The translations under genes were made by a program, and so were the position numbers. This document shows, piece after piece, positions 52,088 to 64,000 of a stretch of 64,000 bases of DNA (its first letter is position 1; each line of letters begins with the position of its first letter). This DNA comes from Lytechinus pictus (lineage: Eukaryota). Below the pieces are notes generated by a model, which was not told where the DNA came from, ran no database searches, and saw only the letters and a list, made by a program, of their open reading frames with translations. The stretch lies in contig NC_087245.1 of NCBI RefSeq assembly GCF_037042905.1, positions 32,800,001 through 32,864,000 of the forward strand. Direction: 5' to 3'.

Positions 52088-53435
52088 TCAATAGTTATCT
52101 TAAAAGATGTATTTTAAGACTAGTCATTAATAACATACACTTCGCCCCCCCCCCCTTTAAAATCTACAATACAAACTCCTTGATATAACCATTTTGAAAC
52201 CCGGGGCGTTCATTAATAATTTTCAATCTTAAGTTCAGTTAAAATTTTGAAGAAAAAAAATGTAGCCCCAAAATTAAAAACAATAATTGCCCAAAACATC
52301 TGACCGATGATGCCTCCGAAAAAAAACTTAGGGCCTAAAATTTCATTATTGATAATTGCATCTGACGTGAATCGTTCTTGAGGTATTGGCGGTGAAACCC
52401 ATTCATCACAAAGTCAGTACTTTTTTTTCCTTTTCGTCAAATCTTGGGACAGGATGCGACCGGTCCCGTCGGCGCGCCGACCGCCGCGGCGGTTGTTGTT
52501 TTGCTTTTGTTTTTCTTTTTCTTTCAAGCAGTGATGAAAAAATGAAAAGAGGATGATAACAAATTTGAATAAGAGGTGGAAGAAATAAAAAAAAAAGAGA
52601 CGAAGAGAAAAAAAAGAGGAAGAAATTAATGAATATGGAAAAAAAATATTTTATATATATAAAAATAATTAGTATAAAAAAAGGGAAGTTTTGGCCGTGC
52701 AACCAACCCTATGTGTAATATCATTTACTTGAGAAAAATACATACCGCGGCACCACCTATTTGCAGTCCTACCCCTTTCCCCAGCTCAAATATATTATAT
52801 GATTCGGGTATACTAGAAGAAGGTATTATCAACATCTACCACTCGCACGAAATCGTTTGGAAAGAAAATGGATAGCCTATATATATATATATATATTTTT
52901 TTTTTTTTTGGGGGGGTAATATCACAGTACCTTCGCTCCCCTCCCTCATTGTTACCCCCTTCTGTCTCCCTTACCCCCCTGTCTCTCTTGAAACGGAATG
53001 ATATATGGCTATATTTACTTATTAATTCATTCATTTATTCATTCATCCATTCATTCGTTCATTTATGTATTTATTCGTTTCTGCATGTCATGACAATGTA
53101 CACAATATGACCATCACCAAAGTAAATAATATAAAATAAATTTTACATAAAAGAGATGTATATGATCATTTACATAAATGATCGTTCGAAAGTGGCAGAC
53201 ATGCAGCGGTATGACAATATAAGCAGATGTAGTTATATCAAGGAGTTGGTTATATCTATGGTTATATCATGTTATATCATTTACGAGCTACCCTATACAC
53301 TGACTTGCAAACTGCTTGTCGATACATTTTTCATTTCATAACGAAAGTTGTTGTAGAGCGATTTGAACTTGATGGCGCAATATTCCTCATTGGCATAAGA
53401 TTGTGAAATGTGTGAAATATGAGTGTCTCCTCATC

Positions 53436-53747
53436 AGCCAATAGTATTACTCATGAACCTTGGACTCGGAAAAACAAGCTACGGTGGTTATGAACACCCA
53501 ACTGTTCTATACTTTTAACACATGTCATGCAAATATATACATCCGTATAAAATATGTGCACGTCGATCGGGGAATCACAGGTTTGTTACAGCGGCGGGGT
53601 GAGGTGAACTTCGCAATCCATGCTGAATGTGGAAGCCAGTCCAAAAAGAGACTTCGAACACTGGTTGGTGATCACTGACCCCAGGGGTTTCCAGGCTAGA
53701 GTGAGTGTTCCGTTTCACAGCGTCGGGTCTTCACTTCTATTCACTTT
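53436..53747 (+). promoter_or_regulatory. candidate promoter and leader exon of the ADP-ribosyl cyclase gene
   Basis: agccaat (~53436), TATAAAA (53546-53552), a GC-richer segment, and two donor-like sites: a|gtgagt (53701) and t|gtaagt (53748). Confidence 0.4.
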
Positions 53748-54905
53748 GTAAGTACAACCACAACTTCTATATTTAAAAAAAATACTACACTGATCATGCA
53801 TAGACCTTTGCTCTGACTGCAGGTTTCCAATCTTCGGACGATATTTATTAATCATTAAGAGGTATTATGAGCTCATTATCTTTGCCTATATTTATCTTAC
53901 CACCCTCATATAAATCACGGGTCTCCATAAGAGGGGCTATTGGTTGCACTATAAGTTGAAAATGATACTGTTTCAATAACAGACTTCCTGGTATATACTA
54001 AATTTATATATTAATGGTTTAATTGCTATAACTTGTCGCATACTTTAATTCAAGAAAAGTTCTCGAAGATTGAACTCTGTACACGATTCTAAACACTGAC
54101 GTTTATTAGTGGGGGATTCCCCCTCCACACATGACCCCCCCCCCCCTTTCCTCCTCCTCCATGTCCTCTTCCCCTCTCTCCTTTATGTCGATATACAAAA
54201 AAAATGATCAGGTCATGCATGAATTGTGCTAGCATTTACTTAATTTAGGCATGTTAGATAGCTATTCTCTGCACGATTAATAAACGAAACGACTAAAATC
54301 TCCAGTTTTCAGATTTGCATACGGTATGACAAAATCAGTTCTGCTTCGCCCTCATGTGATCACTTTAGTGAAATACTTGTATATGGATACCCACAAAAAA
54401 TCCTTATGTCCGCTTAGGAAGTCATAAAAATTAACTCACTTCGAGTTCGATCTTATTTTTCGTGAGATATTCATCACATTCATGCTTACAATAGAACGAC
54501 TTGAAATTACTCTTTTCAGATCAGTTTATGATTATAACAAGTATCAGCTCGCGTTTTCGACTCGCGTTATTTGTTTGCCTAGATACAGTAAGTACTTAGA
54601 TAGATATGTTCATGGATACAAACTAGACTTTAAACAAAAAATGTCATTTTCAGTTCAGTATATAGATCGCGCTTCGCGCTCGAAATGCGATGTCATTAAG
54701 GCCTATTGATGTTACTAATAAAATTTGTAAAAATATATGTAGAAAGTATTTAAATTCAGTAGTAAGACCACCCCAGGTAATGTCGATGATTTCAACACCC
54801 CCCCCCCCCACATATTTTAACAAAGCTGGATTCGCCCTATTAAAGTAGTACTGATACATTGTAGTAGGCCTATTATACTACTACTACCACTAGAACCACT
54901 GGTAA

Positions 54906-54910
<5 letters not shown>

Positions 54911-54980
<70 letters not shown>

Positions 54981-55421
54981 AATTAATAGTAACGAGGTCA
55001 GTATTCACAGAAATTTTGTATTAAAACCAATATTTCGTTATTAAAGGTATAACAAATATTACGCAAATAAATTATCTCTGTCATTATAGAATGATAGTAA
55101 TAATGTTCATGAGATGAAAGGAAAATGGAACGAACATGTAATGGTGGAAAGTGACATGGTGAAGGGGATGGGGGTGATGATGGGGATGATGAAAATGAAG
55201 AAGAGCTTTTAAGGAATACTTTGAAATATTATCTTGCATAACTACAAATTCAATGCTGTTGAGCATCTCAACCATATAAATGAAACGTTGGAACCCTTTA
55301 CATATAAACACTATGTCTCAGCACGGCTTTATGACATCATGACGGGATATGTATTGTTTAATTTGTATCTATATGATAGTGTCATGGTTAATATATTAAG
55401 ATTTAACATGTCCACAGGAAA

Positions 55422-55460
<39 letters not shown>

Positions 55461-55490
55461 CAGCAGCAGCAGCAGCAGCAGTAGCAGTAA

Positions 55491-55533
<43 letters not shown>

Positions 55534-55685
55534 TGTAGTAGTAGTAGTAGTAGTATAGTAAAAGTAGTAGTAGTAGTAGAAGTAGTAGTAGTAGCAGCAG
55601 CAAGTAGTAGCAGTAGTAGTAATAGTAGCAACAGCAGCAGTAGTAGTATCAGTAGGAGGAGGAGTACTTAGTAGAAGTAGAAGTG

Positions 55686-55760
<75 letters not shown>

Positions 55761-56082
55761 CACTGCAAAAACTCCGGTGTTTATTTAACACCAGCCCGGA
55801 ATCTATATATGTCGACACCAGAGAAGTATTGAAACAACACCAGTTTGGAATCAAACCGATGCTGTTTTAATACTAATTGGTGTTGTATAAACACCTATCT
55901 GGTGTTAGACTGAAACCAAACTGGTGTAGTTTAACACTTCTCTGGTGTGGACTTATATAGATTCCGGGCTGGTGTTAAATCAACACCGGTGTTTTTGCAG
56001 TGTAATAGTAGTAGTAGTAGTAGTAGTAGGATGAGGAGGAGGAGGAGTTGGAGGAGGAGGAGTGGTAGTAGTATTAGTAGTA
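54911..56082. repeat. (GTA)n/(GCA)n microsatellite cluster
   Basis: Long gta runs at 54911-54980, 55421-55760 and 56003-56082. Confidence 0.95.
55761..56002. mobile_element. CACTG-terminus MITE with TA TSD inside (GTA)n
   Basis: ta|cactgcaaaaactccggtgtt ... aacaccggtgtttttgcagtg|ta. Same family as 9762-10000. Confidence 0.9.
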
Positions 56083-56233
56083 GAAACCCATTGCATCACA
56101 TCATGAAACATTTATATCTTTATATGAATGATATTCTAAAAATTGTGTGGTAAATGATCATAACTACGTTCTTCTTCAGATTTCTTTATAAAAAGCTGCA
56201 AATTTTGTACTTCAGGAACCAGCAAGAGTTAAA

Positions 56234-56397
56234 ATGGACATCTTCACCATCTTGTTCTATCTGTCATCAGCGTTGGTAGCAACTGTTGCATATAGCAACA
56301 AAGGACCCGGTACCACCCAGAACATCACGGAAGTATTGACCGGGAGATGCGAGGAATACCGGAAATGCCTCTTGGGAGAGCCTTGTCTTCCATATTA
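56234..56397 (+). CDS. ADP-ribosyl cyclase (CD38/CD157 family), first coding exon with signal peptide
   Basis: MDIFTILFYLSSALVATVAYSNKGPGTTQNITEVLTGRCEEYRKCLLGEPCLPY. The GPGTT.......L.RC motif matches the CD38-family N-terminus. Acceptor at 56215, ta|gtaagt donor. Confidence 0.9.
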
Positions 56398-56594
56398 GTA
56401 AGTCCTGCTCTTTTTCTTATGAGATTTTTTAAAGCAATTTTTTTTTTTTTTTTGCTTTAGTTCTTCGTTTTGCTGACTTAATGTAGAATAAGATATTCAT
56501 TTTCATGTTTACTCTCTCTATTTTTCTTTCCCTCTTCCCCTCCCCCCTCTTTTTCCCCTTTCTCTGTATTTTTATTTCTCCTTCACTCTCATAG

Positions 56595-56727
56595 TCGTCG
56601 TGTAAATTGTGCTAGAGTAGTGGACTTGTTCTTAGGAGGCGTTCTCAATGTAGATCCTTGTGGGACCCCACCTGACGCGTTCGATGCCTTCCTCGACATG
56701 GTTCCTCCAACTACTGCACATGGAACG
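56595..56727 (+). CDS. ADP-ribosyl cyclase, second coding exon
   Basis: ctctcatag acceptor and in-phase join. Translates (Y)RRVNCARVVDLFLGGVLNVDPCGTPPDAFDAFLDMVPPTTAHGT, matching the C..(V/I)..(F)......PC......(Y/F) pattern. acg|gtaagt donor. I saw no further exon in the window. Confidence 0.88.
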
Positions 56728-56809
56728 GTAAGTTATATCAACTCCAAATCGGATGTTCGCAAATTTATTTATTTATTGATTATTTATTGGTTTTCTTTAT
56801 CTAATACTG

Positions 56810-59800
56810 CCGGGTAGCGAATATTTTTTTCGTACATGGAAACGCTATGGTACATGAATTATTCATAAGTTGAGCTAAAAAACTGAAGTGCGCAGGCGCA
56901 TGGACTTGCCGATAGTTCTATAGCTTCATCAATTTGTACATGAACGAATTTTCCTTGCAGACACATATAAATCATTGTGTGTGGGGGGGTTGACCGAGGT
57001 CACTTAATAGTTATTTTTTTACAAAATCATAGTATACTGTACAACGAGTACATTATGGGAATGATTGTCCGAATGGTGCTGTATATACAGAAATATGTCT
57101 ACACTCTAAAAATAGTTGGGCAAAAATTTCCATCTTTTAACCAACCCTGGGCAACATACTGTCCACACAACTATTGGTTAAAATCTGTCCCAATTGGGTA
57201 ATAAATTTGTTCAGTTGGATATAATAATTGCCCAGAATATATATTTTTCATTACCCAACACAGTGGACAGTATATGCTGCCCAACATTTTAAGTGTGTGT
57301 GGTGAGAGAGGAAAGACAAAACATGAGCTAGACAGGAGAGACAAAATTGCTAGGGCGTTAACTCAGAACCTATCAGTTAATGAAACTTTATAATCTGTCT
57401 TATTTCGTCTATGCCTGTAGAAATTATGTAATTTGTTGGACCAAAATAAGAATAAAAAGCAATCAGAGTTTATTCATTTATTTTTATTTTTTTAATATCT
57501 TTATACAGGATAACAAGCTCAAAATGACTTTTTTCAGCATGGTCCTGTTAACATGAAATAACAATAAATACATAATGTGTATAAATTATTGCAAAACCAT
57601 CCATTACACAAATTGAATGCTTAAGATATTGCGTACAAAAATTGCAGAGCTATTTGCCAGATAAAATTCATGAAGATATAATAATCCTTAAAAAATGGCA
57701 AGGCTTGCAATCATCATCTGACCATATCAATGATGAAAAGTGTAAAGTTACTTTTTGTCAAAGACCGAGTGAGGAATTAAAGGTTTTCTGAATAGTTACC
57801 CCCAAAATGATAAAGAACTTGCGACTTTTTATGATTAAAAATATATTGGACATTATTACATTGCGTAACATGAAAAAGGTCCATCATAATAGACCCACGG
57901 TAAAGCCGATATGATTTTTTTTGGGGGGGATGTTTTAAAGTTAATTTTGTTTTAGTTCTTTAAAGTGGGCTTACTAGGTGTATATCCTTTAGAAAGGGCA
58001 GGCTATATCTGTCCCTGTTGTTAAACTTTGGTGATTTTGGTATAGCTCTTGGATATAACCAACCTCTTTATTAGTAGAACAACAATCAGTGGCGGCACCA
58101 GGGAGGGGGGCAAATGCCCACCCCCCCCCCCCAGTCAAGATCATTGCCCCTCCCCCATAAAATTTTGAAAACTGAAGAGAGAAATGAAGTGAATGCTATC
58201 TCATAAACATCCTACTCAAGCTATAAAGTGCTCCAAAGCAACATTTTTTACCCTTCAAATATTGAAATTTTGGCATCATGCCACTGTTAGCGCCCAAAAA
58301 AACTTTCAGGTCATTATGTAAATTCAAGATTTCGTCGCGCTTTTTGCTCGCAGTGGCTGTCGATTGAGATGAATAAATGCGCTCAATATATAGGATAGTA
58401 TGAGACTTTAAAATCCAGTTTTCAAGTCGATTTGCAAAAATTCTTCTTCTAGAGATTCGAGTTTTCATTATTTGTTTAAGCAAAATATACGCATCCTGCA
58501 TGCATGTTCATAATATTAAAATAATTTGCTGAATGTAAAACTTTATTCAGCTACGCGCTCGCATTCATTAATTAGTGAGATACCCATCCTGTTCATCATT
58601 TTACAAGAAAGTGCTTAAATAACGTCAAGTTATCACATCAGGATGTTTTTTTAAGCTAGCGCTTTGCACTCGCATTATATATTGGAGAGCTCTGAAATTT
58701 TTGTATGCAATATCTTAAGCATTCAATTTGTGTAATGGATGGTTTTGCAATAATTTATACACATTATGTATATATTGTTATTTCATGTTAACAGGACCAT
58801 TCTGAAAAACAGTCATTTTGAGCTTGTTATCCTGTATAAAGATATTTAAAAGAATAAAAAATAAATGAATAAATTCTGATTGTTTTTTATTCTTGTTTTG
58901 GTCCAACAAATTACATAATTTCTACAGGTATAGACGAAATAAGACAGATTATCAAGTTTCGTTAACTGATAGGTTGTGAGTTAACGCCCTAGCAATTTTG
59001 TCTCTCCTGTCTAGCTCATGTTTTGTCTTTCCTCTCTCACCATACACACTTAAAATGTTGGGCAACATACGGTCCACTGTGTTGGGTAATAAAAAATATA
59101 TATTCTGGGCAATTGTTATATCCAACTGAACAAATTTATTACCCAATTGGGACAGATTTTTACCAATAGTTGTGTAGACAGTATGTTGCCCAGGGTTGGT
59201 TAAAAGATGAAAATTTTTGCCCAACTATTTTTAGAGTGTAGACATATTTCTGTATACAGCACCATTCGGACAATCATTCCCTTAATGTACTCGTTATAAA
59301 GTTACTATGATTTTGTAAAAAAATAACTATTAAGTGCCCTCGGTCAACCCCCCCCCCCCCCACACACACACAATGATTTATATGTGTCTGCGAGGAAAAT
59401 TCGACATTGAAATATGACGTGGGGGTTGGGGGAAAGTATAACTAAGTCATAAATCATTCAATTACTAGCTTGAAGCTCTTGCGATTTCAAGTCTTCATGA
59501 ATCCTGATCAACATTTAAATTCAACATTATTTTTTTATTTCCAAAGGTATAGGCATCAATGCATTTCTAAAAGTTATAGGCCTAATCAATGGAGAGAGCG
59601 GAGAGAGAGAGAGAGAGGGGGAACTTGGCTGACATGTTCAGTAAGGAACAGAGATTTAGATGGGGGGGGGGGGTGCGCGAACATTATGCGAGTCAATTCA
59701 TTCATGATTCATAAAGCAGAAAGAGTGTGCTAAGAGAGAGGAAGGGAGAGAAATTGCAAGAGAGAGGGGAAGAGAGAAATCGAAACTTCATAAGGAGATT

Positions 59801-59978
59801 GGGATGGAGACCATTCATTTATGTACAAGAGTGCGATCGTCCATTCGTTCATGTACAAATTGATGAAGCTATAGAACTATAGAACCATGCGCCTGCGCAC
59901 TTCAGTTTTTTAGCTCAACTTATGAATAATTCATGTACCATAGCGTTTCCATGTACGGAAAAAATATTCGCTGCCGGG
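56810..59978. repeat. large inverted repeat / foldback: arms 56810-57650 and 58688-59978
   Basis: Near-identical reverse-complement arms (e.g. gcgaatattttttcgtacatggaaacgctatggtacatgaattattcataagttgagc vs 59905-59971) with a ~1-kb spacer. Confidence 0.9.
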
Positions 59979-60821
59979 TAGGCCTGTTCAGTTATGCAAG
60001 ACTGCTTTCCAGAGGCGTCCTGCAGTTTAACAAATAACTCAACATTTAAAGCACTAACTAATGAAAATGTACGTATAATTCTGAAAGAAAATTAAACGAG
60101 AGACAAACTTATTTCGGACATGAAATTGGGGGAAGGGGGTCATTATCTGTATCGAGTCCAATGAACTTCGTAACCAGGGAAGCGTTTAATAAAACAAATA
60201 TTCAGTGATTTTTCAATGACAATTGTTATAAGGTACTGAAATCCTTGGATCTCATTGGCTCAGAACAATTTGGTCATGGAAAATCATTGACAAGATGTTT
60301 CTCGAAGCACTCCCCCGGTTTCCTCTGTATGATTTAACAGACTCCTCTTTATTCTTTTGAACTAGGAAGGGAAATTGATAGACATTATTTCGTCGTTATC
60401 TCTTTTCTTTTAAATTCAAATTTCGACTGATATTCATCGAATTCATTAATAGCTGTTTAGATAGAGATAACTCATAAAAAGGGACTGGAAAATATTAAAG
60501 ATCTATTTCTCAAATTCATTGAACAATACATGATTAACGTAAAGAAGATAAAAATAATAATACTTGCATATCATGCCGCACAGGTCCACCTTTCGGAGCC
60601 CATGGCGCTTCAAGAATTAAAGTACAATATCCCTACAAATAAACAAAAGACATCGAAATTCCCCTTGACGCATATAATATGGGCCTACCATTAGGTTGTT
60701 AATGAGAGGGGAACGAATATCATTTCAGTTGGGGAATAAATGCTTCCGTTGATGAAAGTTGGCGCAAGTGGATAGTTTATTCCACGGTTTTTAAGGCTAA
60801 CAGCGAGTTTCCGTCATCGAC

Positions 60822-61050
60822 GTACGGGGCTTTCAAGCGACGCAGGCGTATGGCACGCCCTTGATAATACAATTCTTAATATCAAGACTTTTCTATCCCC
60901 TGATGTCATGAATTGGATTTTATTCAATTAAATTCTTGATATGAAAATAAAATTATTGATATTAAAATAATTGTGTATCTTGGTATCAATAAACAGGAAT
61001 AAATGATAGAAGGGCTTGCCCTACGCCCGCGTCGCCAAGCGTCGTAGGCT
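60822..61050. mobile_element. palindromic MITE
   Basis: cgacgcaggcgtatggcacgccctt ... aagggcttgccctacgcccgcgtcg, with internal ttcttgatat repeats. Confidence 0.55.
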
Positions 61051-61061
61051 ACATCTCGCTA

Positions 61062-61440
61062 AATAATAATAATAATAATAATACATATGATTTATATAGC
61101 GTCTTTTCCATTTTGATTAAATGCTCAAGGCGCTTAGAAGAGAGCAAAACATAAAAGTAAAGAGAACTAAGGTAAGTACAAGAAAGGGTAAATTACAAAT
61201 GAGGAAAAATTTCAAACCTATTACCTGCTGGTGAACAAATGCAATTTTAGGATACCCTTAAAGGATGTTGCAGAGTTTGAGTTCTTCAGCTCCTGTGTTA
61301 GTGAATTCCACAGGGCTGGTCCGGCATGAGCAAAGGCTCGATCGCCCCAGGATTTGTTAGATAGTGGAATATGCAAGAGACTAGATTGGGATGATCGCAG
61401 TGTGCGTGCAGGTTGATAGTGATGGTGTATATAAGAGACT
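61062..61440 (-). mobile_element. L2-clade LINE 3' end
   Basis: YQPARTLRSSQSSLLHIP...WGDRAFAHAGPALWNSL...SFKGILKLHLF, then aagcgccttgagcat...gacgctatataa and a (TAT)n tail. Confidence 0.9.
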
Positions 61441-64000
61441 TGTAATCGGTTGTTCATGCCCGGCGTAATGTCATCAATAAGCATATTTTATGATTCTTGA
61501 TGTGGATTGTTTCTATGGCTTTTCCATTCAACACATGCTCTACACTGGGATTATAGAATGTAAAAAATATATATATATATCAATGTTGTTGATCATTATA
61601 TAATCAATCAATAATTACTTAAGCATATAGTATGCTATAATATCTGCATCTCTCTATCACAGGTCCGTCGGATTTTTAAACTAACTTCATGGTGGTATGA
61701 GGGTTAAACTCATTTACAGTGCAAAATAAATATCTGACATAATGCAACGTCAGATAAAAAAAAAAACATAGTTGTGGTTTATATAGGTACATATCTCTGT
61801 TAAGAAAATGCTTAGCATGAGTTAAACGCAATATGCCGCAAATAATATATACAGGTAGTACTTGGTTTTGTCTGTCTACTACGGGTTACTGGGGCTTGAT
61901 TGGTAGGAATTCGAATATTCTTTTCAGCCTTAGAAGAAACTAGTGAGAATTATTTTTATGATTATTCATATGAATGTTACAGGTTTTTCATTTGCTTGAT
62001 ATCAGATCTATTAAATAAATTTTCCATGAGAAATGCGCTGGGGCTACTTAAAACAAATTGACGATCTAAATAGTACACTCTTTTTTTTTCTTGAAAAAAC
62101 GAACAAAGTTATACTCTCTAAAAGCAAAAGATCTACTCTGGTCCCTAATCATATTCCTCTCAGAGAGACCAGTCCTGATGGAATGAGATTCCACTCTTTC
62201 AAGGGTGCATTATTACCAGTTTTTAGTGAAAGTGGAAAAAAGATGCTCACTATTTGCGATGGGGGTTCTGAAGTTCATTACTTTTTAGTGAGCATAATTA
62301 TGAGAGAACACCTGACCTTGCAGATTCATTGTTATTCATCTATCTCATTCTAGAAGGTACATTTTTGTTAATTTTATAACTAATAGTAAATAAGGCTCTA
62401 CGGTATATGAAGGATGCGGATGCGTTTACAATTTCCACGATATGCCAAACACCAATTTTCATCTAATATGAAACAGTAAATATTTATATATATTTGCACA
62501 CTGAAGAATGAGAAATTACCATCATCAACGAGGGATTTTATCTTATCTCTCTTGCATTGTGACACTTTTGTATTTTACATCCACTTTTAAATGATATTGC
62601 GAGAGTAATTCTTGTTTGATTTTACCACTTTTCTTCAAATTGATTTCTTATCGCGAAGGATAATGAGCAAAAAAAAATTGAGCGGGCCATAAGTGGCGTT
62701 TCGGGCAAAAATCTATAAAAAGTTGCGAGTGAGCAAAGCGAGCGAGAACAAAATCGACATTTTTATTACAAAAATCCAATCATTGTGATAGATTTTATCA
62801 TAATAATAACATATTTCGATCTTCTCTCTTTCCTTTTTCCCCTTTTTTTTGGGGGGGTGGTGATTTTTTTTTTTTTTTTTTTTTTTTTTTGGGGGGGGGG
62901 GCAAGCGCCCCCAAACCCCCCATCTGTACGCCACTGCTCAATGCTTCAGTCACACCAATGAAACCGACTCCAAACCGACCGATGTTGTGTATTTACTCGA
63001 TATGGGGTCTGTTTCGCCGATGTAACTGAGTATTAGATATTCAGTAGGCCTATATCAAATGCCTAATGAGATCATGATACACTTAGTTCTTACATGGATT
63101 TAAAGCATTTTTTTTTCTCCCTCCATGGTTTAAAGTGTGTTAAGAACAGGAAGCACGAACAAGGATATACTCACAGTATCAGGAAGGAAGAATTGGATTC
63201 GGAATTAAATTATCTATCGTGTACATGTGCGATGTGTCCCTTACCCACTTACAGAATCAACAGGATAATCGAATTCTCCTACCTTTATGATTTGATATAG
63301 CCATTAGCCCTACTCATTTGTTCGTATCATATACATTAATTTAACGCATGTCATAGACTGCATTGCTTGCTTGGAAGCAGTTGAACGAATTCTCAGGCCA
63401 ATATGCCTATGGAGCTATCTTTCGATATGTGATATCACCGTATCGATTCTTATTATAACAGAATACATTTCCGGTTGTTCTTAATTCTTTCTATCATAAT
63501 TTTTTTTAACAAATTGTGGTGATACCACAAATGTGAATTGACGATATCATTGAATCTTTTGAAATGAGGGCATGGGTTTTGTATATCTTATTGCTATTTT
63601 TTTGCGCAGAAATACATAATGAATTCGAGCATCGGTTTGCACTTGCGTGTAAACGCTGCTTACTACATTAATATAAGCAATCGGACCAGCATGTACTTGA
63701 AGAGGCCACTTAAACACCGATGACGGGTTTGTATTAAGAGGCACTCGTGAGCCGATTCATTTCATTATGCATGGGAAATGTTCCATATGTTATTGTTCAA
63801 ACTATCTTAAACCAAGGAAGGTATTCAACCAGGGAAAATTTCCTGCTTCAGCTTAAGTGCTTGGGTGTTTGAGTACCATTAAATCGTATGTAACTATCAA
63901 TGGCTTTGTCTTCCAGTAGTATTGTATCCCCCATCCCTGCCCGTCTCTCTGTCTATGTATCTCTCTCTCTCTGTCTCTACCTGTCTCCAATTCATACCTT

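Noticed and set aside
54817..56153. Poly-Ser/Leu/Thr/Tyr ORFs in the track
   Set aside because: These are translations of (GTA)n microsatellites.
60583..61700. cacag|gtcc acceptor-like sites as candidate cyclase exon 3
   Set aside because: Neither encodes the expected conserved xLFWS-type segment.

Overview
AT-rich, intron- and repeat-dominated animal genomic DNA. It is most likely from a sea urchin or other echinoderm, inferred from an early-H1-like histone tail, a CD38-family ADP-ribosyl cyclase and TU/foldback-type elements. Two protein-coding genes are supported by spliced, in-frame exons. The first is the 3' end of a + strand CAP-Gly domain gene (exons 344-474, 2171-2277, 3229-3419, plus two candidate terminal exons). 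The second is the 5' end of a + strand ADP-ribosyl cyclase gene (coding exons 56234-56397 and 56595-56727), with a candidate promoter and leader exon near 53.4-53.75 kb. Between them lie a decayed multi-exon minus-strand locus (37.2-49.7 kb), a histone H1 tail orphon fragment, decayed Penelope, L1/Tx1, CR1 and L2 retroelements, and many non-autonomous DNA elements (Helentron/HINE-like, TU-like foldbacks with 8-bp TSDs, TTAA Kolobok-like, CACT- and Harbinger-like MITEs, some nested). The most notable observations are two Penelope-type minimal hammerhead ribozyme motifs, a 3.2-kb foldback with about 0.84-kb arms inside the cyclase intron, and an alternative splice donor that would add an in-frame N-terminal extension to the cyclase. 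All analysis was by eye and no database searches were run. Most ORFs in the supplied track are spurious. I found no CRISPR array and no prokaryote-type system.
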